Shown: positions 1 through 13,691, numbered from the stretch's first letter. The stretch is 64,000 nucleotides of DNA from Octopus vulgaris (GCA_951406725.2 OX597827.1:68138001-68202000); one strand, 5' to 3'. Numbers and translations are program-made. Notes: generated by a model not told the origin, from the sequence alone.

Positions 1-214
1 ACACTTCTTGTATCTTGTATCCCCTTTAACATACTCGCCTTTGATCGTTTCATTTTATTTTATTTTATTTTGTTTTATTGAACATACGAATACATGCCGA
101 GGTTCTCTTGGCTTGTAAACAAAAGAAAGAAAATATCAAGCTAGCGAATGCTGAAGGTTTTTACGCTGCTAAAATATATCTATTACACAAACGAGATTGG
201 TCTACCAGTTCAAT

Positions 215-600
215 GTGGAGGCGCGATGACCTAGTGGTCAGGGCAGTGGACTCGCGGTCGTAGGATCGCGGTTTCGATTCCCAGACCGGTCGTTCTGAAT
301 ATTTATTGAGCGAAAACAAAACACCTAAAGCTCCACGAGGCTCCGGCAAAGGGTGGTGGCGAACCCTGCTGTAGTCTTTCACCACAACTTTCTCTCACTC
401 TTTCTTCCTGTTTCTAGTATACCTGTATTTCAAAGGGGCCAGACTTGTCACACTCTGTGTCACCCTGAATTTCCCCGTGAACTACGTTAGGGGGTACACG
501 TGTCTGTGGAGTGCTCAGCCACTTGCACGTTAATTTCACGAGGAGGCTGTTCCGTTGATCGAATCAACTGGAACCCTCGTCGTCGTAACCGACGGAGTAC
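215..600 (+). mobile_element. tRNA-derived SINE (octopus OR-like head), tail type A
   Basis: A box-like TGACCTAGTGG and B box GGTTTCGATTCCC; near-identical copy at 57275-57652. Confidence 0.85.
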
Positions 601-679
601 CACGACCAGCTCAGTAAATTGTATGTTGAAAACTTTTACAGGATTTTTGCAGCAAAGCCGTCTTGGTCAAGTAGATTTT

Positions 680-1070
680 TTTTACTTGTTTGACATTGGA
701 CTGCGGCCATACTGGGGCACCGCGTTGAAAGCTTTAACCGAGCAAATCGCCCCCAGCACTTATTTCTTTTTCGAGTGTGATACGTAATCTATCGGTTCTG
801 TTTTGACGAACCACTAAATTTCGAGGACGTAGACAAGCCAACACCGGTTGTCCAACCAGAGCGAGAGAACAAGCGCTAAGACAGACGGACAGACACGCAC
901 GCACAACGAGCTTTCCTCAGTTTCCGTCTACCAAATTCATTCACAAAGCATTGGTTGACTCGATTCTATATTAGAAGACACTTGCCCCAAAATGCTGCGC
1001 TCTGGGACAGAACCTGAAACTACGCGGTAGCAGAGCTAGCTTCCTAACCATACAGCCATGCTTGCTCCTG
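680..1070 (-). mobile_element. Diverged copy of the tRNA-derived SINE with internal (TA/TG)n (octopus OK-like family)
   Basis: Matches the reverse complement of full copies at 36540-36955 and 49165-49575 (ttccgtctaccaaat..., gaagacacttgccc). Confidence 0.75.
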
Positions 1071-1122
1071 TGTATAATCATACCCCTTTACAGCCGTGAC
1101 AGTCCATCTTAATTATCCTATT

Positions 1123-1358
1123 TACTATGAGGTCGCAAGCACACATAGACACTCTCTCAGCACCCCACATCGTTAAAAGCGGGACATCGACGATATGCCA
1201 GCTACATGGAACTGTAAAATCCTCAAGCCATCATCACACCCTCATTTTCTGCTAAGCAAACTGGTGCAGCGAGAAATTATGTGATTTACTCAAGGACAGA
1301 ACGCGCCGCCTGATCAAGGAGTCGAACCCTCGATCTTATGAACGCACGTCCAACATTC
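1123..1358. repeat. 236-bp local duplication, copy 1 (degraded SINE sequence)
   Basis: Roughly 90% identical to 3955-4190, including shared idiosyncratic substitutions. Confidence 0.85.
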
Positions 1359-2361
1359 CATAGCACTTTTTGGCGGTGGGACGGTAGGGTGCAGTAAAAG
1401 GGAGATTTGACTGTTATGTCTAGCAATTTGAGGGACTACTTAGAAGCACTCTCGCTGGTTCAAGTTTCGTTGTTTTAGGACATGTTTCTTTCGAGGAACC
1501 AACAGGTGGCAGATGTTGTGTGGGGAAAGATGTTACTGAGGCCCATCACCCATTGATGGATACTTTATATTTTTCCGAAATGGTGCAGCCGACGCTACAT
1601 TATCTCACTGTTGGATAAAGACAAAGGAATACAATGCGTTTTTGCTTTTTTTTTTAATGTTTTCATGTAAACTCCTTTTATGCAATGCCAACGTACATAC
1701 ACGCAATCGTTCTGTACTCATCTGATCTGTTAGAAATAGCAGCCAAATCTCCACTCACATAACATCTTACTACCATCTGTTAGAAAAAAAAATGTTGATT
1801 TCGATAATGTAGCCCTTCCTATTAAGAAACGTAGGATAATTAAGGGTGATATGCCTTTGATCACAGGGGTTATTTCACGGGGTTAAATTGGGACAAACAA
1901 CAATATTACACGTACACAATATCCCTCCTGTATCTCCTTTTTCTCTTCCATTTACTCTTAAATGTTTTTGGTTGGTAACTAGGTAGTTCTTCTCTCTCAC
2001 TCTCTCAAATCCTTTGTCTACCAGACCTGATGTTCTTCTCGAAGTTTCACTCTGCCGCCAATGTTTTGCTATAAATTGATGACTAAACCCGTCAACATTT
2101 CATATTGAACAATAATCAGAATCGTATTAATAATAATAATAATCCTAAGTCAGCATACACACAAACAAACAAACGTTATCTCCCTTTCTATTAAGGTTAT
2201 GTGCAATGCGCTCCTCTTCAAGTTTGTGTTTAAAAAAACACACGCAGTGTATTCAAAATTATGACCACATAAGACAATTATCAGCATGTATCTAACGACG
2301 GCTTATATGTATGAGTATGTATATGTAACGATCTGTGTATGTGTGTGATTTTGTGTCTGCC

Positions 2362-2393
<32 letters not shown>

Positions 2394-2679
2394 AATATTT
2401 ATGTACATGTAACGATGACAAGGTACGCTACATAATTATGAATAAATCGATGTCAGCGTTTTATAGACGAAAAATTTAGATCGCGACGAATTGAGTTCAA
2501 GTTTTAGTTACAACAGGAAGATAAAGCTATTTCGCTTCATTTCTTTTACGACACCGATATTCTTGGCAGTGTATGAACGACTCGGAATCGTATTTATCAT
2601 TACCCTCCTATAAATATGTATGTATGTATGTATTATATTTTGTAAACCTGGCCGAATTGTTACCATACTGAACAAAATG

Positions 2680-3235
2680 CTTATCGGCATTTCGTCTGTC
2701 TTTACGTTCTGAGTTCAAATTCCGTCGAGGTCGACTTTGCCTTTCATACTTTCAGGATGGATAAATTAAGTACCAGTGAAACACTGGGGTCGATGTAATC
2801 GACTGGCCCCCGCCTCCCCCAAATTTCAGGTCTTGCACCTATAGTAGAAAGGATTATTATTATTATTATTATTTATTATTATTTATTATTATTTATTATT
2901 ATTTAGTATTTATTATTATTATTATTATTTAGTATTTATTATTATTATTTATTATTATTATTTAATATTATTATTATTATTATTATTATTGACGCGATAA
3001 TAAGACGGTCGATTAGCAGAATCGTAAGGGCATTTGGTAAAATGCCTTGCAGCATTTCATCCGGCTCTTTACATTCTGAGTTCAAATCCTGCCGAGGTCA
3101 GGTTGGGCTTTCATCCTTCCGGGTGATCGATAAAATAATGTACAGCGTTCGAGTATATCGACTAAATTCCTTCTCTCTAACTTTCTGACATTGTACAGAT
3201 ATGAGAAACAATTCTTATAAATGCGGTAAATGGCA
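2680..3235 (+). mobile_element. Two degraded Meta-domain-like SINE copies separated by (TTA)n
   Basis: gttctgagttcaaattcc...gtcgactttgcctttcat core repeated at many sites in the window. Confidence 0.75.
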
Positions 3236-3954
3236 AAATCGGTGGTGTGACGAAGAAAAGGCCTTATTCATTTGACTTAGCGGTTCGGCAAAAGAGACCG
3301 ATAGAATAAGTACTGGGCTTACAAAGAATAAGTCCCGGGGTTGATTTGCTCGACTAACGGTGGTGCTCCAGCATGGCCGCAGTCAAATGACTGAAACAAG
3401 TAAAAGAGTATCGCAATTTGTGAACAGTAGCGTCGCTAGTTACAGATTTCTAAATGGACCAATCACTAATTCACTTTGCATTTCTAGCAGAGAGAGAAAC
3501 GACCAAGCTATGCCAATGTTAACAAATACAAGTATACATAAGCCCTAAAGTATTTTTCGCCTATATAAACATATTCATATACATCGTTGATATTATGTAA
3601 AAGTGTCGTAAGTCCAAAACGTTGCTTTTCAGAAAACGAAAAATTGGTTTCAACCTTTCCATAGCAAAATCGTTGTACTACAGTTTGACAATTTTTGATA
3701 TCTTGGTACTTGAAGTAGCTGGAGATACGATAGTCTGACCAAAGGAACCGGCTATTGCGAGCAAAAATAAATACTGAAAAAAAAAAAAAAACGTATTTGG
3801 CCAAATTTGGACATACGACAGTTTAACATAATAGCAATGACATAGACCTACATAGATGTTGGAAAGATATAAACACACACACAGTTTAGCAGTTAGTCGT
3901 GAGCGAGAGCATGTCATAGAAGTTTGTGCTCTGCTTTTGCGTATTGTTTTATGC

Positions 3955-4190
3955 TACTATGAGGTCGCAAGCACACATAGACACCCTCTCGGCACCCCAC
4001 TTCGTTAAAAGCGGGGCATCGACGATATGCCAGCTACATAGAACTGTAAAATCCTTTTGCCATCGTCACACCCTCATTTTCTGCTAAGCAGACTGATGCA
4101 ACGAGAAAGTATGTGCTTTACTCAAGGACAGAACGCGCCGCCTGGTCAAGGAGTCGAACCCTCGATTTTATGAACGCGCGTCCAACATTC
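3955..4190. repeat. 236-bp local duplication, copy 2
   Basis: Direct repeat of 1123-1358. Confidence 0.85.
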
Positions 4191-5496
4191 TAACCACCAG
4201 GCCATAAGCACACACACACAAACACACACACTATGTACAGATTCCACCAGCTAAATTTCATTCACAAAGTATTTGCCGACTTGGTGCTGTTGTAAAAGAC
4301 AAGATGCATGCACAAGGAATCGAACCGCGGTTCACATAGATGTGAAGCGTACTGCTTAACCACACTGCTGTATATGACTGTGCCATTTTGATTACGGCCC
4401 TTTACGTTACGAATTCAAATGGTCCCTGGGTTGATTTTTGCTTCTGCGTTCCAATCTTCGATAAAATCAATAAAATGCATACCAGCTTATTTACACTTTT
4501 TCATGTTTAATTAATCGTTCGGTTAAATTAATCAAACATTTCCTACAAAATCTGTGGCTTTATATCTGAGTTAGAAATCCTTACTATAAGTATGGTTGTA
4601 TCACCTCACCGAATACTGGGTTTTGCGCGCTGGCATAGCTATGTGATAAGAAACCAGATAATGGGTTTTAGGCACAGGCATAGCCATATAAGAAGTTCGT
4701 TTCTCAACCAAATGGTTCCATGTTCAGTCCCACTACGTGGTACTTTGAACAAGCGTTTTCATCTTTCGCTCGGGGCTGATCAAAGGCCTGTGAGTGGATT
4801 TGGTAAGCGGAAACCGAAAAGAAAGGCCCGTCGTGTGTGTGTGTGGGGGGGTGTATCACATTTAAAAAAGTCCTTGTCGGAATTACAATGTGTTATCAGT
4901 GAGCAAAAAATATGATTGATCAAATCTCAAGGCCCAAAATAATGTCATTATTATAAGTCATCGTCTTCTTCCTTAGTTTCCCTAAATATTTAATTTAACT
5001 TAGGGGCCACCAATCCAAGTAAACGTCAAAAGTCAGACATGCTGTTTGGGATAGAATAAGAGCATATGAATATTTGCATCATTATCATTCATCCCATTAA
5101 TGTCCGTGTCCTGCCCGCAAAGCTTCTATCTGTGTGATGCCCTTGTGGCGAATTATATGAAATATATTTCTTTAGAGCATATGAATAATAATAAGCCATT
5201 GCGAAAAATTAAGCTTTTTTGATGAATACGGGGAGGGGAGCATTTGTAAAATACCAATATGCGAATGAGGGTGCAACCTACAAGACTCTAAGAGACATTG
5301 TTTTAAAACTGAAACTGATGACATCATTATCATCATCATAGTTTTAATGAATATTTTGATAAGTTTATAAAATTTGATGGAAGCCAGGAGATTCTTTAAT
5401 GAATTCAAATGATTTGAGGAGTTTTCCCAATGTAAAACATTAAAAAATGTTTTCATTCAATCTTTTAAATGGACCCAGATAAGTTTAATGCGTGTG

Positions 5497-5528
<32 letters not shown>

Positions 5529-5749
5529 CATATCTCTATGTGTGCATGCATGCATGTGTGTGTATGTAAATGTGTGTGCGCGCGCAGATGCACGTGATTT
5601 TGTTTCTCTACTTGACAACTGTCTCTGTAACTTAATCTCTTCGTCAAAAGAGGATCGATAAAGTAACTACAAGACTGGGGTCAATCTGATAGACAATCTT
5701 TTCCACACAACTATACCATTGTTGAAAATTTATTTATCAGCCATACTCT

Positions 5750-6135
5750 CTCTTTACACTCTTACTTGTTTCAGTCATTTGACTGTGGCCATGCTGGAAC
5801 ACCGCCTTTCGTCGAGCAAATCGACCCCCAGGACTTACTCTTTGTAAGCCTAGTACTTATTCTAACGGTCTCTTTTGCCAAACTGCTAATTTACGGGGAC
5901 GTAAACACACCAACATCAGTTGTCAAGCGATGTTGGGGGACAAACACAGACACACACATATATATATATATATATGATGGGCTTCTTTCAGTTTCCGACT
6001 ACCAAATCCACTCACAAGGTTTTGGTTGGCCCGAGGCTATAGTAGAAGACACTTGCCCAAGGTGTCACGCTGTGGGACTGAACCCGGAACCATGTGGTTC
6101 GTAAGCAAGCTACTTACCACACAGCCACTCCTACT
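5750..6135 (-). mobile_element. Full-length OK-like SINE
   Basis: Reverse complement of 36540-36955; tRNA-like head at the right end, (AAAGAGT)-type tail at the left end. Confidence 0.85.
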
Positions 6136-6489
6136 AAAGGCCAGCAATTTCGATGGAGGGCAAGAAAGTCGATTACATCGACGCACCACAATGCTCAACT
6201 TATTTTATCGACTAGGAAAATATTTAATTCAAAGTCGACATCGGTAGAATTTGAATTCAGGATGCAAAGACGGACGAAATGCCCCTAAATTCCCTAACCG
6301 GCGTGCTAACGATTTTACCAACTCGCCGCTTTATAACACAAATACTAATGTTTCCTGTTTAACAACTCGTAGTTTTTGTTGACAAAACTTAACTGAGTAT
6401 ATTTTATCGTTCTCAGTCAAGTAGGGTGTGAAAATATCTACATTTCGCATGAGATCACGAGTAGGGATCTGCATCTCTTTGCATGTTCT

Positions 6490-6847
6490 TTTCAACTCTA
6501 GGCACAAGGCCCGAAATTTTGGAGGAGGGGGGGGTCAGTCGATTAGATCGACCCCAGTATGCAACTGGTACTTAATTTATCGATGCCGAAAAGCTGAAAG
6601 GCAAAGTTGGCCTCGGCGGAATTTGAACTCAGAACGTAAAGACACCGGAGTACCGCTAAGCATTTCGCCCGGAGTGCTAATGATTCTGCCCGCTCGCCGC
6701 CTTTAAAAGAAAGAAAATTCTTTTCTACTCTAGGTACAAGGTCCGAAATTTTGGGGTAGAGGGCCAGTCGATTAGATCGACTCCAGTACATAACTGGTAC
6801 TTAATTTATCGACCCCGAAAGGATGAAAGGCAAAGTCGACCTCGGCA
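6490..6847 (-). mobile_element. Two adjacent Meta-domain-like SINE copies
   Basis: atcgaccccgaaaggatgaaaggcaaagtcgacctcggc core on the - strand. Confidence 0.8.
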
Positions 6848-7040
6848 TTTTCTTTGCATATTCGTTCCTTTCTCATAATGCTTGTTTGAACGAGAGGGTG
6901 TGCATCTATACGCGTGTGTGTATCCATAGCAACTAAAAGTTGTGTGAAAGAGTTTGTTGATGATATTTGATTTAAAAGTATGTCTTGTTTTTTTTTTTTT
7001 TTTTCCTTTTCTCGTCCCCTGTACTATGTCTGTCCACCAG

Positions 7041-7159
7041 AATATGTCTCGTGTCGTAATTATCATGACCAGCACTTACTTCCCCAAATCAACGATCCCT
7101 CAGAATCCACTTCCCTGGTTATGCTCGAGCCCCCAATTTGAGGACGGTGGTTTTACGGA
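7041..7159 (+). other. Candidate exon (119 nt); open frame NMSRVVIIMTSTYFPKSTIPQNPLPWLCSSPQFEDGGFT
   Basis: Long T-tract then ...ctgtccaccAG acceptor at 7039-7040; perfect GTAAGT donor at 7160; unique non-repeat sequence; no recognised homology. Confidence 0.4.
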
Positions 7160-8702
7160 GTAAGTAAAGCCTCAAGGAAAATTTTATGCTGTGTATTTAG
7201 TCTGTGCCTCCGGATTCCTATTTCGAAACCCGCTGGGGTCGGTTATTTTCTATTCATTTCTCTAGATTCCATAAAACCCTTTTACAATAGTCACAAGGTC
7301 TGAATTTTGATGAGATGGGGGCTAGTCGATTACATCGACCCCAGTGCTCAAATCGTAAGTTTTTTTTATCGACCCCGAAAGGTTGAAAGGCAAAGTCGAC
7401 TCGGCGGAATTTGAACTCAGAACGTAAAGTGTCAGGAGAAATGCCGCTAACTGCCAAGCATTTAATTCAGCCAGCCCATTGCTTTCTAAATTCCAGAAAA
7501 TAAGCACCAATCAAGTACTGCGATGTATATATTCGATTCTTTTCCTACCTCCTTCAACTAGAATGAGTAACCTTTGGCCTATTTTAGGTATCCATCATTG
7601 ATATCCATATATGGTATTATGAAGCCGCTCTGCATCTACGACTTCTTATTCTTATTGGACCGATATACAATTTACCGGAAGTAGTTGTTTAGGAGATGCA
7701 GCGGCAGGATTCTAGCTTTTTATTTAGAGATGGTGCATAATCGATTGACCTTACTTCAGTATACGCCAAGTATTTACCATATTATTGACCCCTGAATGAT
7801 TCCGAAAGCGAATTCGTTGATGATAATATTTGAACCCCATAACAGTGAAAACCGAATGCTGCAAACATTTTAACGCCATCTTGTAAAGACGCCACGTTTT
7901 CCTGCCGCATCATCGCTTCCATTTTGCTAAACATTAATCCGCGACGGCTTTTAAAAGTTCGATCATCAACAATCAGCGTGTCTGGATCCATTTGTTCGTA
8001 TCTCCGAATGGTTCGTTCAGTTTTTCATATATTTCCTCACGTATGACTTGTTCACTTCCACATTTCTTTACGTCAACTTCAATGAATCTGCATTCATACT
8101 CATACACATACTACGGTCTGGTTCAATTCAGCTCTTGTAATTATATATATCAGGTTCGGATTTCACACACAACTCGTATTTCTGATGCAATCTATTTGTT
8201 TTCTCGATTGTTTGGTTCAATTTATCTTGTGCTACTACATATAACTGATTCGCTTTATACATATACATACATATATATATATATGTATCTCATGTCTGGT
8301 TCACATGATCTCACATGTCGGCTTTAATTTGCAAGTATCACCGAACACCAGATCACTCGGTTTATCTGTATATTTTGCATGACAGTTCTTGCTTGATTTA
8401 GCCACATCATGATGCCTTAAGCATACTTAGTGCATATGTCTATCTTTACAGTTTATTTTCAGAACACTATAAAAGCATATATCTCTATATTTCTCGATTA
8501 TCTTTCTTAATATTCTGCATATATAGGCACAGGTGTGGCTGTGTGGTGAGAAGCTTGCTTCCCAACCACAAGGTCCTGGGTTCAGTCTCTACTGCCTTGA
8601 GCAGTAGGAACCTTGAGCAAATATCTTCAACTATAGTCCAAGGTTGACCAAAGACTTCTGAGTGGATTTGGTAGTTAGAAACTGAAATAAGCCCGTTCTA
8701 TA

Positions 8703-8828
<126 letters not shown>

Positions 8829-8939
8829 CGAAATTGCGAGGATGATCTGGTTCTTGACTGAAGATTAAAGGCTTCGAATGACCCGTCATGTTTTTTGTAT
8901 TGCCTATTTGGATGTTTTGCGTTCTTGTCCCAATTGTAT

Positions 8940-8974
<35 letters not shown>

Positions 8975-9037
8975 CCCACCACCGCTTGTCAATCGGTGTT
9001 GGCGTGTTATATATATATATATATATATATATATAAT

Positions 9038-9372
9038 GTGAAGGCGCATGGCTCAATGGTTAAAGCGTCGAGCTTGCGATCGTGAGGTTGTGAGTTCGAT
9101 TCCCGAAACCTGCGTGTTGTGTTCTTGAGCAAGACACTTCATTTCACATTGTTCCAGTTAATTCAACCGTAGAAATTAGTTACGACAGCACTGGTGCCAA
9201 GCTGTATCGGCCTTTACCTTTCCCTTGGATAACATCAGTGGCATGGAGAGTGGAGGCTGGTATGCATGGGTGACTGCTGGCCTTCCACAAACAACTTTGC
9301 CCGGACTTGTGCCTCGGAGGGTAACTTTCTATGTGCAATCTCATGGTCATTCACGACCGAAGGGGGTCTCCC
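9038..9372 (+). mobile_element. tRNA-derived SINE, second head type with CORE-like segment, tail type D
   Basis: TGGCTCAATGG and GAGTTCGATTCCC boxes, cttgagcaagacactt segment; related heads at 10263-10416 (-) and 39240-39400 (-). Confidence 0.75.
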
Positions 9373-9779
9373 TCCTATATATATAATCACATGAAAAATG
9401 TATCGTAGTTGTGTAAAACAGGAATGTTACGTAATTTATTTAGAAAAGGATATCCCTGGTCTGGCTAAGATGTCTACCTGATCTTTGGCCTTCACTGGAG
9501 GAATTGTACCCGAGCCACCAACAGTGAATGCGACCAGTGACTGAGTACTGCTGTAAGCTAGGGAGAGGGACGAAAGAAAGAGGCGGAATATGTTAGTAGG
9601 ATATGAGGTGACTTACTAAGAGAGAGGGAGGGAGTGAAGAATGGTACGGAGCCCAGAAAGGCTTGCATGAGTCTGTTTCTGCAGCGTCAGTGAATCTACT
9701 TTTGCATGTGTGAATGAGTTTATGAAATAAGTGTAAAGCCGAGATATTCTCTGCATGTGCGTGTTTGGACTGTCCGACG

Positions 9780-10260
9780 AAAACTAAAACTACATAACCG
9801 AAATATCAAAGAAACTGCCGACATCTTTTGAAAGGTTGTAAAAGTTGTGTGTGTTTTAATCGACGTATATTTTCAGTTTTCTCACTGATTAAAAAAGTGT
9901 TTTTTAACTAAACGGTTTGAAACTTCGTATACTGGTGTAATTTCTCACGTTCAACGCGGTTTACTTTCATCATTTTTGATAAAATTTCGTATTTTAAAAG
10001 TTATTTCGTGTTAAAGTTGTCGTATTTACGTAATTTTAACCAATCAACGACGTGTATTCAGCTGAAGAAACCTACTGCTGTTTGTGATAGTAATCGAAGA
10101 ACAACAATTTCCGGGTCATCTCTAATAAATGTATTTTGATGACCTGGAAATTGTTGATCTTCGATTATTTTAGCAAACAGCAGTAGCTTTGTTCAGTCGA
10201 ATACAGGTCGTTGATTGGTTAAAATTACGTAAATACGACAACTTTAACACGAAATAACTT
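9780..10260. mobile_element. MITE/DNA-transposon remnant with long inverted repeat (arms 9998-10120 and 10138-10260)
   Basis: About 123-bp arms visibly reverse-complementary with a 17-nt spacer; right side cut off next to a SINE. Confidence 0.75.
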
Positions 10261-11221
10261 CTAGCTTTACTCATTTTTGCCAGCTGAGTGGACTAGAGCA
10301 ACGTGAAATGAAGTGTTTTGCTCAAGAACACAACGTGTCGCCCGGTCCAGGAATCGAATCCACAATCTTACGATCATGATGTTGACACTCTAAACACTGA
10401 GCCACGCGCCTCCACCAAGTGAAGTAATATGCTCTGCCGTCACATATTATCTGTCTGCAACGTTTTTTGTCAATAAAAACGAACCCTATTTATAAAGGAT
10501 TACGCAAAACAAAACAAAATAAAAATGAGAATGCTTAGAAATCAAACACTGAGAATTTTGATATATGCTAAACAAAAATCAGGCGAGAAAGTTATCTTTC
10601 ACAGATGAAATCGGAAAATCAGTGGAATGAGCTTTACCAATCGAAGTTGAATTCGCCTCATGGAAATAGTTCGATTACCAAAATTTCTAGATTCATTTCC
10701 TGCTTCAAGATTTAATGTTTCTCGAAGTGAGAATGTATTTGCTCTCTCTCTCCCCCTCTCCTCTCTCTCTCTCTCTCTCTCTCTTTCTCACACACACACA
10801 CACACACACACACACAAAGATAAATATGTCTCAGTAAAAAGTGTCTTCTACCACGAGCGATGAGTACCCTTGCTAACTGCTGGTGTACCACGGAGGACAT
10901 TTTACTGGAAGTTCTTTTACTTAAGACTAATATTTACTCTATCGGTCTTCATTTGCTGAACCGCTAATTCAAAAGGACGCAAACAAACCAACATCAAATG
11001 TTTGTCAAGAGACAAACAGAAAGGTGCGTACACAGCACACACAAGTTTCTGAACAGTTTCTGTCTACCAGATTTACTCGCAGGGCATTTTTCGGCGCGAG
11101 GTAGTGGTGGTGGTGGTGGTAGTAGTAAAAAGTACCTGTCCAATGTACCGCACAGTAGGACGGAACCCAAAACCACAGTAACATGCCTGCGCCTACAAGG
11201 TGTCAATATTTCCATATCTTA

Positions 11222-11790
11222 TGGCAGAGAGCTGGCAGAATCGCCGGGCGAAATGCTTAGCGGTATTTCGTCTGCCGCTACGTTCTGAGTTCAAATTCCG
11301 TCGAGGTCGACTTTGTCTTTCATCCTTTCGGGGTCGATTAAATAAGTACCAGTTACGCACTGGGGTCGATGTAATCGACTTAATCCGTTTGTCTGTCCTT
11401 GTTTGTCCTCACTGTGTTTAGCCCCTTGTGGGTAGTAAAGAAATAGGTATTTCGCCTGCCGCTACGTTCTGAGGTCAGATTCCACCGTGGTCGACTTTAC
11501 CTTTCATCCTTTCGGGGGTCGATTAAATAAGTACCAGTTACGCACTGGTGTCGATATAATCGACTTAATCCGTTTCTGTCCTTGTTTGTCTTCTCTGTGT
11601 TTAGCCCCTTGTGGGTAGTAAAGAAATAGGTATTTCGTGTGTCTTTACGTTCTGAGTTCAAATTCCGCCGAGGTTGACTTTGCCTTTCATCCTTTCGGGA
11701 TCGATTAAATAATATACCAGTTGCGTACTAGGGTCGATCTAATCGACTGGTCCTCCCCCCAAAATTCGTGCCTTCTGCCTAGAAAAGAAT
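11222..11790 (+). mobile_element. Trimeric Meta-domain-like SINE: head + (body-tailX)x2 + body-tailY
   Basis: About 182-bp units joined at aaagaaata|ggtatttc. Confidence 0.85.
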
Positions 11791-12203
11791 ATTTCCATAT
11801 CTTAAAAAGTGAAGTACACAGTTTGAGGGAATACTTGACTGCTTTTTCTAGCAAGTCTAGCGGCAACGTAGATATATCTCGGTCGGGCTGCCTTCAATAT
11901 TTATTGCTGATAGGAATTTTTTATCATATTTTTTTCTAATGATTTTTATCTATATCATTTATTTGTTTGTTCTCGACCTTTCTGTTCCGCCTTAGCAATA
12001 TCTCCTTGGTACAGCAGTGCAGTGTCAGTACATTGTTAATAATATGATAAATTTGCAGTTCCGCTTGAATGGGTTTTTTTCTTCTCTTTTATCTCTGGTT
12101 GCTACTGAGCAATCACCTGTCCCCTATTTCTTTTACCTCTTTCTCAATCGTATACATCTTCAATCAGTCCCCTCCCCCACCTCACTCTGTAGCGTAACAC
12201 GAA

Positions 12204-12247
<44 letters not shown>

Positions 12248-12384
12248 ACACACGCACCACACTAACATAGATTAAGGGCACTCCTTAATACATATGAAAT
12301 ATTTCAATTGTAAATTTTGATGTTAGACGAACCGTAGCAGCGTGTGTGTGTGTATGTATGTACACACACACACATATACATAAA

Positions 12385-12385
12385 C

Positions 12386-12420
<35 letters not shown>

Positions 12421-12646
12421 TACACATGTATATATATATATATATATATATATATGCATACACATGTATATATATATATATATATATATATATGCATACA
12501 CATGTATATATATATATATATATATGCATACACATGTATATATATATATATATATATGCATACACATGTATATATATATACATACATATATATATATGCA
12601 TACACATGTTTATATATATACACACATATTTATATATGTACACATG

Positions 12647-12678
<32 letters not shown>

Positions 12679-12720
12679 TATACATACACACACATGTATA
12701 TATATATATATATATATATA
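12385..12720. repeat. Compound minisatellite (TA)n-TGCATACACATG
   Basis: About 6 clean copies of the fixed 12-mer plus degenerate ones, with variable (TA)n spacers. Confidence 0.9.
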
Positions 12721-13369
12721 CATCTATATATACACACACATATACACACGTATATATATATATGCATATACGTATATATACATACATACACCTGTGTATG
12801 TATATATTTATATATATATATATATACACTCACACACACACACACACACACACACACAGGGTCCTAGTTGTGGGTTAACTAGCATTTGTAATGGCAGTCC
12901 ATCTGAGCATGGAGGGAAAGCAAACATATCCTTGGTTGGTGTCAGGGTGCGCAGAGAAAACTACCGGAATTCAAGGATCCCTAGTTGTTGCCACACTATC
13001 CTCCAAGGAGAGGGACACACTGAGGTAAAACCTACGGTTTCCCATGATTACTGGTCATCTCACTTTAGCCTGTCACTAAGTACCCGTCGAAGAGGCGCTT
13101 GTGTTGTACGTGCGTTTATTACTGTAATTCAATAACGCACAAGTGTCCCTTTATGGAGACCTCATTTGTCATTCCGTCTACTGAAAGTCTTGTGATGATG
13201 GATGTGAAGATGGCGCACCATGTGAAGCAGACCAGTTGGAAGCTCACAGTTAGGATTTTTTTGTCTGTCACCTGTGCTTCAAATCATACGGATCTGCAGC
13301 CGGACTGTTTCGTCATCGGAGAGGGAGAGAAAGTAAAGTCAGAAATACCATTACTCTTTTACTCTATTT

Positions 13370-13691
13370 TTTTTACTCTTTTATTTGCTTCAGTCATTTG
13401 ACTGCGGCCATGCTGTAGCACCGCCTTTAGTCGAGCAAATCGACCCCGGGACTTATTCTTTGTAAGCCCAGTACTTATTCTATCGGTCTCTTTTGCCGAA
13501 TGCCTTTTAACGCATTTATAAGACTTGTTTCTCACATCTGTACAATATCAGAAAGTTTAGAATAGCCTGGTAGCTATTCTATCGGTCTCTTTTGCCGAAG
13601 CGCTAAGTTGCGGGCGCGTAAACACACCAGCATCGGTTGACAAGCGATGTTGGGGTGACAAACACACACACAAACATATGCACAAGCGCAT

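Noticed and set aside
215-290. tRNA-like sequences (also near 9040, 15280, 36540 and 57275)
   Set aside because: SINE heads with A and B boxes but no complete cloverleaf, continuing into SINE bodies
7782-7991. 69-aa ORF MDPDTLIVDD...
   Set aside because: The second half is degraded SINE sequence; no splice signals or homology
11263-11446. Hammerhead ribozyme in the multimeric SINE unit (retrozyme hypothesis)
   Set aside because: No CUGANGA...GAAA core arrangement found on either strand of the unit
12285-13135. Long ORFs rich in YI/CV/HT (also at 26-29 kb, 33-34 kb, 52-53 kb and 63-64 kb)
   Set aside because: Translations of stop-free dinucleotide microsatellites
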